Below, in pieces: positions 35,315 to 48,467 of a stretch of DNA of 64,000 nucleotides (position 1 is its first letter; the number at the start of each line of letters is the position of its first letter). The stretch covers positions 4,092,001 to 4,156,000 of the forward strand of contig OX597824.1 of NCBI GenBank assembly GCA_951406725.2, given 5' to 3'. The notes beneath the pieces are model-generated. The model was not told the DNA's origin. It saw nothing but the letters and a program-made list of their open reading frames with translations, and made no database searches. Position numbers and translations under genes: made by a program. The DNA comes from Octopus vulgaris. Taxonomy: Eukaryota.

Positions 35315-35533
35315 TTAACCCTTTCCTTACTGTATTTATTTTGAGATGCTCTGTGTTTCTTTCAATTACTTTAAATATAACAAAGAATTTAGTAAAACAA
35401 CTTCGTTATCATTAAGCTAGTGTTAGGAACATAAATTGTGATGAAGGTTTGGTGGAAGATTTTAATTCAGAACAAGACATTTGTACTACAAAGCCAGGGG
35501 CGGTTTCAGCTGGGTTGGTAACAAAAGGGTTAA
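35315..35533. mobile_element. piggyBac-like MITE (TTAA-CCCTTT...AAAGGG-TTAA)
   Basis: TTAA on both sides, CCCTTT termini; homologous to 56824-57042 and 57349-57637 in the opposite orientation. Confidence 0.85.
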
Positions 35534-36594
35534 AACAGTAAATTTTCACTACTCCGTGGTACACAGAGTAGTGAAAATTCACACACATCTAAGCGGAGAG
35601 AATGGTTGAAAAGAGGGTTCATCGAAGAGTTTAGTAATTACAATTGCTATGGAAACTGAAGAATTGAAAGCTTCGGGCCATTTCTTTCCATCTGATAGCA
35701 AGGGGGGAGAAAGTGGGGGGTTGTAACTTGGGTTGTGGGTAAATATATACGTTAGTTGGAAGTTAACTACCTTCACCAGAAGCAATTGAAAACCAATGAC
35801 AGGATAATACAAACCACAAAACCATTCAGCTCCCTTTTGATACACTAACAGCATCTGCTTTCCACAATACACTTTGATAAAACAATACATTCTATTTCAA
35901 AAATGACCTCTGGAATGTTTCAAGGCACATGACAGTTTTCAGTAATTAAATTAATTATGCTATAATTTAATTAATGTAAATCAATAATATCCAAATCATC
36001 TTCATTATTATGTTATGTTTCATTTGTGTTTCACTTTTTATTCCCCCCCCCCCCTACATAAATCATTAGCAATAACATCCTTCTTTTTGTTACTTGTTTA
36101 TTATATTTTGTTACATATGTTCTCGCATTTTATCAGAAATCTAGAACAAAAAATAATATTCAATTATGCTAAACAGCATAAGCTCCACATACACCCTTCA
36201 CACGCTCTAAAACACCTTAATATTTGTAATCGGACTGAGTCTCAAGATACAGAACTTAACACACACGTTCATTATTACTGCATATTATTATTATTATTAA
36301 ACAGCAGTAATAATATATAACTGAGAAAATGTCTATGTATTACTGCTTAATGAATCTAAGTAAATAGGTTGAAGCAATTAACATCAACATACCAGCTTAT
36401 TGATTTTGATTTTGATTTTGATTTTGATTTCAGCTGCCTTTGATCCGAGGTCAGCCTTTGCAAGAACTGAGGTTTGGAGGAGTGATTAGAACCCTTCCCA
36501 CTGCTACTTGTTTCATTACTCCCTGAATGGATGAAAGCCAAAATATACTCGACAGAGAGGAACGTAGAACACAAGCAGAGACACAACTGAATAC

Positions 36595-36918
36595 TATGTA
36601 TGTGTGTATGTATATATATATATATATGTGTGTGTGTATTATATCAAATAATAAATATACATATAAGTGTATGTATATATGTATGTATATAAGTGTATAT
36701 ATGTATGTATGTATATAAGTGTATGTATATATGTGTGTGTATATATATGTGTGTGTATGTATATCATATCAAATAATAAATATATGTATAAGTGTATGTA
36801 TATATGTATGTATATAAGTGTATGTATGTATATAAGTGTATGTATATATGTGTGTGTATATATATGTGTGTGTGTGTGTGTGTATCATATCAAATAATAA
36901 ATATACATATAAGTGTGT
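36595..36918 (+). repeat. Tandem triplication of a compound microsatellite unit of about 120-125 bp
   Basis: Anchor ATATCAAATAATAAATATA at about 36641, 36767 and 36887. Confidence 0.85.
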
Positions 36919-37067
36919 GCGTACAATATATCTGCATACAATAATATAAACTCAGAGGTCTAATCTCAGGAAACATGAATTGATTAATCTTCTCCCTGAT
37001 TACAGAAGTGACTCTTCTGAAATACGTGGGATAAATATATACACACTTTATTGCATCTACATAGATG

Positions 37068-37278
37068 AGGAGCTGGCAGAATCATTAGCACACTGGGTGA
37101 GATGCTTAGTGGCATTACAGCCATCTTTGTGTTCTGAGTTCAAGTTCTGTTCTGGTTGACTCTCCCTTTGATCATTTCAAGGACGATAAAATAAGTACCA
37201 GTTGAGCAGTGGGGGTCAATGTAACTGAATTAGCCCCTCCCCTCAAAATTGCTGGCCTTGTGCCAAAATTTGAAACTA
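37068..37278 (+). mobile_element. Older SINE family 1 copy
   Basis: GAGCTGGCAGAATCATTAGC...GAGTTCAAG...GATAAAATAAGTACCAG. Confidence 0.7.
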
Positions 37279-37528
37279 TTATTGTATCTATATGTCACTG
37301 TTAGGGTATTCCTTGTGAATGTAAAACACATACGTCCACACACACACAGACACAGAGTTTATTAAAGTTAATCTGGTGACATGATAATCTAGAGCTATGT
37401 TAATGTGCAGTCAGTTCCTCAGACATGAGGAGATTCTAGAATAACAGGACACTGGATTAACCTAGAAAAAAACTTGCTCTCAATATCAGAACAGAACACT
37501 TCACTTTTTCATTATCACCAATGAAAAA

Positions 37529-37576
<48 letters not shown>

Positions 37577-37622
37577 TATAGGCGGGCAAGACAGATGAAA
37601 ATTATATAAAAATCAAGAATTA

Positions 37623-37696
37623 ATCGTATACCAGTTTCGTCTATTACCGAATAAATTACTTACGTAATCCTTCGTCCATAGATTCATCAGTACGAT
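37623..37696 (-). ncRNA. Type I hammerhead ribozyme motif with extended stem II
   Basis: Minus strand ATCGTA CTGATGA ATCTAT...ATAGAC GAAAC TG GTA TACGAT; perfect 6-bp stem I. Confidence 0.8.
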
Positions 37697-38064
37697 CGTT
37701 CCAAAATCAATATAATTTGTAAAACTAACCACCAGTTTTCCGTATAAAAACAGACACGTGCTTAGTTCCACCGATTACATTGGGGTTAATTTTAAATGTC
37801 TGAGTTCTGGCATGCTAAATACCTATGTTCTGGTGTTCGCTGAATTTTCTCTGGAGAACATTTTTTCTTTGTAATTTGATTGTATGTGATCTACTTCTAG
37901 CATATGGCTGTCCACATAGTGGTTTTTAGCCCTAAATATACACATGTATTGGAATGTTCTCTGATTTTTCAGATTTTTATATGCTAGGCTACTGGTTTTA
38001 TATTGATATTAATTAAATTAATATTCAATTTATCTCCCTCATTATTTAAATTTTATATATATAT

Positions 38065-38250
38065 TAGTATTAAGAAGTTCCTGGACAAGTCATGATTGAT
38101 AAAAAATTATTTACCTGAGTTTTAACATCACCTTCATTGAAATTGTTACTTTGCGTAGCAATCCACTGGTTCCAGCATTCCTACCATTTTTAGAATCTGG
38201 CTTGGAAGTCATTTTCCATAAGCAAGCAGAAGACCTGCAATTCTCTCAAT
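38065..38250 (-). mobile_element. Mariner transposase C-terminal remnant and probable 3' end
   Basis: Minus-strand peptide ENDFQARF*KW*ECWNQWIATQSNNFNEG resembles the mariner C-terminus (F..W..RW..CI...G.YFEG). Confidence 0.65.
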
Positions 38251-38624
38251 GCCACAAGCTATTTAAATGAGGCGTTTTACCACTCTAAGCACTGAGAAGG
38301 TTGTACAAATGACCTTCAACCCACATGCGGACATAGTTAAGAGGAGTGAACCTAGATGGTTGATGTTGGAACAGTGTAGTGTTGCTCTGTTCAAGACCTT
38401 CTTGGAACTAACTATTCCAGTGAGAGATTTATGTCTATGATGTGCTCATAGAGTACAATTCCAAATGACTGGATAAGAAGTTCCCAGATAATTGAGGAAG
38501 GCAGGAGAAGGATTTCATGAAAGAACCTATGCTGACATGTTTGATGCAGCATAAATATTTGCTTTGCTAAAAAAGAAGTGATGATAATGATAATAATAAT
38601 TCTTTCTGCTATAGTGACCCCTGT

Positions 38625-38965
38625 GTTCAACTGGTACTTATTCTATCAACCCCGAAATGATGACAGGTAAAGTCAATCTCAGCAACATTTGAACACAGAA
38701 TGAAAGGCCAGAAGAAATACCTATTTCTTTACTACCCACAAGGGGCTAAACACAGAGAGGACAAACAAGGACAGACAAACGGAATAAGTCGATTATATCG
38801 ACCCCAGTGCGTAACTGGTACTTAATTTATCGGCCCCGAAAGGATGAAAGGCAAAGTCGACCTCAACGGAATTTGAACTCAGAACGTAGTGGCAGACGAA
38901 ATACTGCTAAGCATTTTCGCCCGGCGTGCTAACGTTTCTGCCAGAAGAAATACCACCGGGCATTT
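38625..38965 (-). mobile_element. Young SINE family 1 copy (38722-38945) nested in an older related copy
   Basis: 15-bp duplication GCCAGAAGAAATACC at 38707-38721 and 38940-38954. Confidence 0.85.
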
Positions 38966-39827
38966 TGTGCAAATAATTTTGTTGTTGTTGTTATTGTTAA
39001 TGATGATGATGATCGTGTGTGTGTGAGGGTCACTGATTTGTGGAGTAATGAGTGGACAGAATCTTTTAGGGAAGAGGTGATGTGTCTAGAAGGTAAGAGA
39101 TAGAGTAAAGGCTGAGAGGAGAAGGAGGAACCAGGGCTACATTTACGTGTGCTTGTAGGCTTGAGTACCAAAGAAGCTGGTTAGTACCGACCCTTTCAGC
39201 CAGATGTCATATATGAATGAGTATGGTTTGCTTAGCTATGCTTTTGCTACTTGTTTACATGTCTAGTTAGTGACCAACAGACAGAGATGCCCTTTTCACT
39301 CACCTTTGATCCAATGGGACATCTAGAATCTAGAATATGGCAGCAAGGGAGAAAGCTGCAACAACCACAGCCTGCTGCAACTCATTACAATTGAATGAAT
39401 GGAGCAATGCAAAAATGAAAAGACTTGCTCATTGACACAAAGCATTGCTTGACCAAGGAATTGAACCCATGGTCTTATGATCAGGAACCCTCTAAATACT
39501 AGGCCATGGGCTTTAACAACTAGCAAAATCTGACAAAATTACATTATTCATTGGTTGACAGGCCGTCCCAGGACCTGGTGCTAAAGCACTCATAACACTT
39601 ACCTTAAGATGGTTTCGGGTGGAATGGTTGGACGAGTGGGTTCTGTGTAGAGGGGGGTGGGGTGGAAATCCTTAGTACAAAATCACCTGAGCAGCTCAGC
39701 TCGGCCAGTTAAAACACTGTATTTACATTTTCCATTTTTAGAATCAAGTTGAAAACAAAATAATTATCGTCTCTAGATTCTTTGTTCTGCTTGTTAAAAA
39801 ACAGAACATACATGCATACATACATAC

Positions 39828-39871
<44 letters not shown>

Positions 39872-41702
39872 CACATACATTTACATATATATATATGTGT
39901 GTGTGTGTATATATATATATATATGCATGTTTGTGTGTAAAGGCAATGGTTATGTAAGATTTGCTAATTATACTATTTTTTTTTGGTTTTTGTAATTAAA
40001 GAGAAAATAGTTTGGTGTGTTAGATGTTGTTTAATTATAATACAAACTCTAATGTCTTAATTAGCATTGGTTACAATATATCTTAACATTTACAACTTTC
40101 TTTAGCTCGGTCTTTTTTTTTCTTTCTTGTTTATTCCTCACCAAAATTTATCCAAGACATGGGTGTGTGTGTGCATGTGAGTGCACATGCAAGTGTGTGT
40201 ACCTGTGTGTATGTATGCAGGTCTGTATATGTACATGTGTTTGAATGTGTATGTATGTGTGTGTGCAGAACTGTATTTGTATGTGTGTTTGAATGTGTAT
40301 CTCCACCCCAGCGTTTCTTTTTACTAGTGTCCTGGTAAGTTATTAACATTGTAATAACTTCACATCACTGTCACCCCTGCCACCACTCCTCCATTACCAC
40401 CACCACCACCACCACTACTGCTATTGCTCTTCCCACTCCCTTGGCCGTTCTAATGTCTGTGATGATTGTTGTGTAGTAAAGTCGGTAGTTGTCCACTCAT
40501 TTGTCATCAGTCATCATCACATTCCAATCAGCTTTAGTCATTGCGATGATATTTACTTGGAAATCTCTTGTCTTCTACTCTATAATTTACTCACCCACCC
40601 ACCTGCCCACCTCTCCCTGTATTTCTTTCTTTTCTTGGTTTTTTTTTTGTTTCCTTAATTTAATTTCTCTCAGGCTTTCATTATGTGTTATTTACATGAC
40701 AAATTTACCATGCCTACCACTGCTACTACTACTACTACTACTACTACTGCTGCTGCTGGTTCACCTCACCTGCACAGACCCACACCCGGCACACTGACAC
40801 TCTTGTTGCCTGTCACCAGGGTGGCTAAATAATCTCCTAATCTCATTTATGGAGCAGTCTACTGCTATTGCAGGCAAGCAAATGTACTCAGCTTTTGTAC
40901 TCAAGCACGTCCACCCCAGTGTCAATATGGAGAGAAGAAAAGAAACCCTGATTAAGCCATAACAAAAAAAAAAACAGCAAAAAATTCTTTTTTAAAATGA
41001 ATCCTAACCTGATTTCACTTTCAGCAATGTTAAGCAAATAAGAGATGAATCTTCCCCTGGGATAGGACAACAAGCTATTATAGTTAACTTCCTTTCAAAA
41101 CAACCAGCTAATATTTCAGACAAATGGGCAAAATAAAATAAGATGCTTTACCAGTCTTAGGTTTTGTGCAAATCAGAAGAGGTACCTGAAATTCATTCCT
41201 TACATGAGCTCAGGACCTTAAATTTAGGTGAAGCTAGAGTCAAAGGAATCTATCTCCTTCTTGACTGGTGCCTTCTTTTATCGATCCTTGTAAGACAAAA
41301 GGCTAAGTCGATACCAGCAGGATTTTGGAATGGTAAAAGATGGTCGCTAAATCCTGCAAAGCAATTTGTCTGCAGCTTAAAAGGATTTTGATGTCCCAAC
41401 ATCATGAGTGATTCATTACTGTTGATAAAAGTCATCAAGAGAAGTTGAAAGTAGAATTAAGGATAAAATCCGGGGGGAAAAGAAAAGAAACCTTTGGGTC
41501 TTTACAGTAAATTTCAAGTTTTGATGAAGTGGCAATTTGAAAAAACATTGGAAGTAAATATGAAACACAAGTGTTTGATTGTTTTTGAAGTATGAAGTTT
41601 GCTTTGTAACCATGAAGTCTCAGGTTTGAACATGCAGCGTATGACACCTTAGGCTGAGGCCCTTTAGTGTAGCTTTGGGTTGTATCTAAATCTATTTTGT
41701 GA

Positions 41703-41750
<48 letters not shown>

Positions 41751-42234
41751 ATCGGGGAGTGTATATTGTCCTGAATTCACATGTTAAAACCTATTCTAAT
41801 ATGAAGTGCTTCTTAAGTTATTTTATAATTGAAATTGAGTTTGGTGTGTAGCACTGGACAACGATCACAGAGAAGGATAGCAAGAACTAAATCAAAAAGG
41901 GAGAGAAAGGGCAAAAAGAAGAAATAAAAATTAGGAATAAAGTGTTAATGAAGCTGATAGGGAAAGGATGAGAATTGTTAATCAAGAAAGAAGGCAAAAT
42001 GATGAAGAAGATGATAGGCAAGAATATTTTGCGAAAGCCAGAATGAGAAAACTTGCTGGAAGAGAAAACATGACTGCAGAGAACTGAAATTAAGCAAACG
42101 ATCATGGAGGAACTGACAGGATTATTATTATTATTATTGAGGAGAGAGATATTTATGGCTGACACTGTATTACAAAATGGATGGCAGAATTTCCATAAGT
42201 ACTGCTAACATACATACATACAGATATATATATG

Positions 42235-42296
<62 letters not shown>

Positions 42297-44170
42297 GATA
42301 CACACACACACATACACAGATACACACATACAAGTGCAGCCATGGCTGTGTGGCAAAGAAGTTGTCTTCATAACTATATAACTCATGTTTAATCCAACAG
42401 CACAGAACTTTGGGCAGACGTTTTCTACTATAATCCTGGAGTTTCCAAACAAAGCCTTGTTGGGGGTTTGGTAGACAAAAACAGAAAGATGCTATATGAG
42501 TCTCTCTCTCTCTCTTTGTTTTGACATCATGAGACAGTTGTAGACAAGCACCACTGTAATATAAGCAGGGTCCTTTATTTTCCAGTCTTCCATGTAAAGA
42601 TGTCTGACTATGGGAAAATATTACCTTGTTTATGAATAAGTGAGAGTTGGTGTGATGAAGGGTATCAGGCCGTTAAAATATATTCCTCAATGAATTCCAT
42701 CTGATCCAAAAACAAACGTTGCAAATCATTTAGAGTGGAATAAAAACCCCAGAACTTATTCTTTGTAAGCCTAGTACTTATTCTGTCGATCTCTTTTGCC
42801 GAACTGCTAAGATACAGGGGCATAAACTCACCAGCATTGCGCCTCCATACTAAAACTGAAAGTCTGAGTAGAACATATATTTGTTTTAATTATTTGTGAT
42901 ATTTTTTATAGTATAATTACGTTATATTATAATGTTAATAAATTTATAATATGTCAATTGTGTTTCTCTATTTCCTTTAATATTCCTATATGTATGCATG
43001 TATCTAAGTACATACATAAAATTTATCTACCATCTGGAAAGCTTTTAAAAAGAAACTTTCACAAAAGACAATAATGTCTCTTACTCTCAACAGTCTCGCT
43101 CTCTACACTTTGCTCTCCATAAGTGGACTGGGAGCTGTTGTCAACTCTCCAACTTTTGTTTACCGCATACTCTCCAACCCACTCTATAGAAAGTCAAGCT
43201 ACAACAACAGCTATTTATTTTATTTGTGAACAAGCTGGAAAATGTTAAGTAAATTTAACTAAGAAATATTAAGTACAATTAAGACAATTAACCAAAGTTA
43301 CTTCTGAGATATTTGAATTTGGTGGGAGACACATGCACTGCCTTCTGGTGTTCAAGAAATACATTAGCTTTTGGTTTTTTTTTATATGAAAGCTAATGAA
43401 TTTCTGGAAGAGTTTGCTATTTGGGGGTCATCGATATCAAAATGCTCAAGAAATACATTAGCTTTCATATAATTGGTGACCCATTGGTAAACATTAACCA
43501 ACCAAATGAAACAGGTTGCCTTAGGCATACAGCAGATAATACTGAAGACTAGAGATGCAAGACTGGATAAACTGGCCACAGATAACAAGGAATAAAGAGA
43601 TGCTGAAATACACACACATACACACACACCATTATCACCATTTAATGTCTACTGTTCCATGGGTCAAATGGAATTTGTTGAGGCAGATTTTCTAGAACTG
43701 GATTCCTTTCCTGTTGCCAACCCTTACTTGTTTCCAAGCAAGATATTTTCCCCAGGGCCAGACATGTTTTTACAGAAGATTGGAAATGAACAACTTTGCT
43801 TGTATGACGTTGACACTCACTTATGACCATCACATGATGTCTTAACTAGAGAACACGCAAAAACACAGACTCACAAGATGGGCTTTCTTAAGTTTACATC
43901 CAAATCTACTCACAATATTTTGTTTGGCCCAGGGCTATAGTGGAAGACACAAGCTGTCACACAGTGGGAATTGAACTCAAGATTACATGGTTAGAATGCA
44001 AACTTCTCAACTATATGTATGCCTACACACACATACACACACACTCACACACAAACATGTGTGTGTGTGTGTAGATATATATACACATATTTCTTTACAC
44101 ACATTCATTTTCTTACAACAATATTTGTTCAACACACATATACATATAACTCTTTATGAAAAGTTTCCTT

Positions 44171-44205
<35 letters not shown>

Positions 44206-44310
44206 CACACACACACACACAAAAGTTTATATCATTTTTCTAACATGACGATTTTAATATATTTTTTTAACCATATAATATAAATATTCTGTAGTTTTTT
44301 CATTCTATTT

Positions 44311-44362
<52 letters not shown>

Positions 44363-44729
44363 GTGTGTGTGTGTATATATATTTGCCATCCGTAACCTTT
44401 TGCAGGGTCTCCTTGAGAGGTGGGTGAAGGCAGTTATTTTCAGAATGGAATCCCAGGGCAAATGCTTACAAAAGGATGAATTCCATTAAAAGCACCTGAG
44501 CACTGAAGAGTGATGTTAAACAAGGTGTGACAAATTAAGTCTGCCACCCAAGGCAGCTACAGTCTATCTTTTGAAGTTCCACAATTTTTTCTGTGCAGCT
44601 AATTCCATTAATCTCCTCAGTTGAAAACAGATACTGGTGGAAAATGGTAGCCATGGTACTTAATAGTGAATGTCGACATAACTGTGTAGTATTTCCCAGA
44701 TTAATGAATCTGGCCAAGAAGACTCTCTA

Positions 44730-44855
44730 ATTTTCGATTCTGGATTTGGTCTACTTCCTGTCTCATTGTTTTGTTATAATAATAACTACATAGTCATTAG
44801 GAGGAAAATATCAAAACAATGAGACAGGAAGTAGGCCAGATTGAGTATTGAAAAT
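44730..44855. repeat. Imperfect foldback (about 45-bp arms)
   Basis: CTACTTCCTGTCTCATTGTTTTG pairs with CAAAACAATGAGACAGGAAGTAG, with mismatched outward extension. Confidence 0.8.
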
Positions 44856-45019
44856 GAAACAGTCCTCTCAGCCCTGTGTTGTCTCTGCTCAGTTAATCAG
44901 CCACTTCACAGAGGGTGCCGGATGCATTGTTTGTGACTCCACTACTAGTGGGGTTAGGGCTGTAGTTTGCAAGATTAAAGAACCCTCGCAACTGACAGGA
45001 ATGATAGGAGGGAGGGAGA

Positions 45020-45860
45020 GCAAAGCACTGCATCTTGCACTGTTGATTGTAAACCCCTTTTCTGGGTAGTATTCCGGTATAGGCCCTTTTGAGTCCCAAA
45101 AAAGGGTTAGTATCACCTTTCCCACAGAAGACTGACTCTTGAATTTCTTTGTCACTGGTGAGCCAGGATGTTTCCACTCCATACTCTGTCTTTTGGATTC
45201 TGCCTCATAATGATGGACCCACGTTTCATCTATGCTCAAAAATTCCTTGCCATCATTGTTGTAGCAATCAAATAAATGTTGGCAGACCTCAAGACGTTTG
45301 CACTTGTGCTCTTGTCACTCATCTTGTACAAACTTTGTGGAAGCCGAGCTCATTGTGGATGATTTGATAGGCAGAACCATGACTAATCTGCAGAGAACAA
45401 GCTCCCAAATCGATGATAACTCACCAGTTCCCCGTTACCATCTCTCGAGCTTGCTGAATCTTCTTGTCAGTGGTGCAGGTTGATGGGTATCCTGCTCTCA
45501 CTTCATGCATCACACTTGTCTGACCCCTTTTAAACTTCTTCTCAATCCACTCATATGTGCTTCCACATGATAGTGTATTGTCCCCATATTGTGCTAAAAG
45601 CCTCCAATGAATTCCAGCACCTGACGCACCTTCCGACCAGAGAAATCAGATCACTGCTTTTTGTTCTTTGATGCACATTGCTTGTGGAGCGGCCAGGCTT
45701 ACACTGTAAAGCCAGAAAGAAAAATGGCACAATCAGGCTCAAACTTTGGCCACATGACCACAATAGTACCAACTATAAGCACGCATGCGCAGAAGGTGGT
45801 GTGACCCTAACAAAGGTATGTTATGGCAACAGTGTGGATAATTTTTGACTTTCCCTCGTA
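45020..45860 (-). mobile_element. Mariner transposon, 5' half with pseudogenised transposase
   Basis: 5' end TACGAGGGAAAGTCAAAAATTATCC at 45860; HTH region EQKAVI*FLWSEG..IHWRLLAQYG..YEWIEKKFKRG; catalytic region DETWVHHYEAESKRQSMEWKHPGSP..KKFK....GKVILTLFWD. Confidence 0.92.
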
Positions 45861-47053
45861 TTTGGAGTTTGTTAATTTTGTAATTTTTGGGGGCTTCAGA
45901 TGTTGGGACCAAGAAATGCTGAGTAGCAATGAGTAGCAACTCACATCTGATTCAGCTTCCAATAAATATGTTATTCTACATCACCTAAGGGTGTTTTCAC
46001 TTTGTTGCATTTAACGGCAGTGTGAATCCATCATATTCTGTTTGTCTGTCTGTCTGCTTACTACTACCACCACCACCACCACCACCATGACATCATCATC
46101 ATCATCATCATTTAGAGTCTATCTTCCATATATAGGTGTGTTTATGTACAAATATAAATGCAGTTTTAAATATATATATAATTGTGTGTTAATATGTATG
46201 TAGTGTTATACATGGGTGTGTATAAATATATTTTTACACATACATGCATACATATAAATATATACATCTGCATGTCTACATGTGCATCTGTGCCTGTGTG
46301 TGCATGCACACGCACACATATAGGCATACACAAAACACTGATAGTTCACTAGCAATAAAAACAAGTTTCTAAGGTTACGTACTGTGCCTCAAGTGCTATG
46401 AACTGGAATTGCATCCAGCTAAGCAATATCCGCAACAAAATAAAGTAGTTAAACATTAAACACGTAACGATATATACATATGAGTAGGGAAAACATGGGT
46501 GTTATTGATTATATGTAATTCTTATTGCGAATAACTGATGAGATTAATTAGACAAAGTATACAGTTAGTATAAAAACATCAAACTCTCTCTCTCTCTCTC
46601 TTGCTATATATATATATATATATATACATACATATGTATATATATATATCATCATCATCCAGTTTTTTAAATCTGGGTTTTGTCCCCATTAATGGGGGTG
46701 GCTGGATCTACCGTAATACCATAGCAACCAAGGTAGGCAGGTGCAGCTCACCCCAACCTTGGGCTGGCTGGTGCCCATTCTCCCTTGCTATCATGGCTGG
46801 TGCCCATTCTCCCTTGCTATGCCCTTGCTAACCCCCAACCTCAACATCTAGACATGAGGGGTCCTGAGACCAAGGCTTCTACGACAATTTTATCTAATGT
46901 TCTACCTAGAAGTAAGATAAAAATTTTTATGTTTGCTGCCCTCACACACCTTTCACAGTAAAGCTTTACTATAGCATTGTAAAATTATCAACTGCTCTTT
47001 CCAGTAAACATTGGTGCCTTGTTGTACCACTATTATATATATATATATATAAT

Positions 47054-47211
47054 GTTTAGCAACGATTTGCCTCACCACACACCGAGTTTAGAAATAGCAG
47101 TCTAAGTGCTGTGGTTTTACTGAGATCTCCCTTTTAAGTAGAAAGAATAGCCATAACTCTTTGACTGCTATTTCTAAACTCGGTGTGTGGTGAGGCAAAT
47201 CGTTGCTAAAC
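47054..47211. repeat. Perfect 49-bp inverted repeat with 60-bp spacer
   Basis: 47054-47102 is the exact reverse complement of 47163-47211. Confidence 0.95.
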
Positions 47212-47325
47212 CCTTAATTACTTAGTATTACTTAAACCTTCCTCGAATGGGGCTTTTACATGCCGAAATCTACTTGGTGAAATTAATGATTATTCCAAAT
47301 TAATTAATTTCACCCTATATTATTA

Positions 47326-47365
<40 letters not shown>

Positions 47366-47419
47366 CATATACATATATATACACACACACACACATCAAC
47401 GTAAGCACATAAATGTAAA

Positions 47420-47639
47420 GCAAGGAGGGAAAAAATAGTACTCGAATACCCGAGGTAGAGTAATATGCTTTATCATTATTAAAGCTGCAAAAACACCACA
47501 GAAAACTGCTACTCAGAGTTTCACATTCCTGTTCATCGGACAGTTTAGATTGAGAACTGTCTGACGAATGTCAATGTGAAACCCTGAGTAGCAGATTTTG
47601 TGATATATATTTTTGCAGCTTTGATAATAATAAAGTATA
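47420..47639. mobile_element. Inverted dimer of a short hammerhead-containing element with left-only tail
   Basis: Arms about 47464-47546 and 47555-47639. HHRs: 47505-47544 (minus) ACTGT CCGATGA ACA GGAA TGT GAAA CTCTGAG TA GCAGT; 47556-47595 (plus) ACTGT CTGACGA ... GAAA CCCTGAG TA GCAGA. Confidence 0.75.
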
Positions 47640-48247
47640 TATATATATATATATATATACACATGTGCTTTTTAAAAGGTTGAATGTGAATTTGTCCTTT
47701 AATTGGAGCAGTTTCCAAAAGATTTCTAATGTTATTTCTTCGTACTTTGAATTTACTGGTGTAAATTAGGGGTAGATATGAAAAGTTACGTAGATATATA
47801 AAATATATGATTTCACTTATAAAACAAAGTTCAACAAATTCAATTCTATTTTACATAAATGGGGGAGATTAGAGGTTAATATGGATGATAATTTGGAATA
47901 AAAAACATTATCATCCATTTTAGCATCTACTCTCCTCCATTTATGTAAAATAGGATTGAATTTGTCTGTCTGCCTGTCTGCCTGCTTACGTGTGTGTGTG
48001 ATACTGTCTCCTTGTCCTGATGTTGCATGATAGCCGTAAGCGTGTGTTACAGTTATGCAGTCAGCATCCCTCATTTCCAGTCTTCCATGAAAACATGTCT
48101 GGTCATTGGAAAACATTTTGGGAATGGATGAAGGTTAGTTATAAGAAGGTCATCTGGCTGTAGAGGGAAAGTCCACCTCAACAAATTCCATCCAAATTAG
48201 GCAAGCATGGAAAAGTGGAAGTTAAAATATTGTTGATGATGTTGATG

Positions 48248-48284
<37 letters not shown>

Positions 48285-48341
48285 AAAGTATGCGTATATG
48301 TGTATATATACTTACACACACACACACTCATATATCTATAT

Positions 48342-48372
<31 letters not shown>

Positions 48373-48467
48373 TATATAGTTAATCCAAACATGAAAACAC
48401 AACAACGCAAGGACATGGAACACGTATAATGTTATTGGACGCTCAGGAAAGGAAAGAAGGAAGGAGG

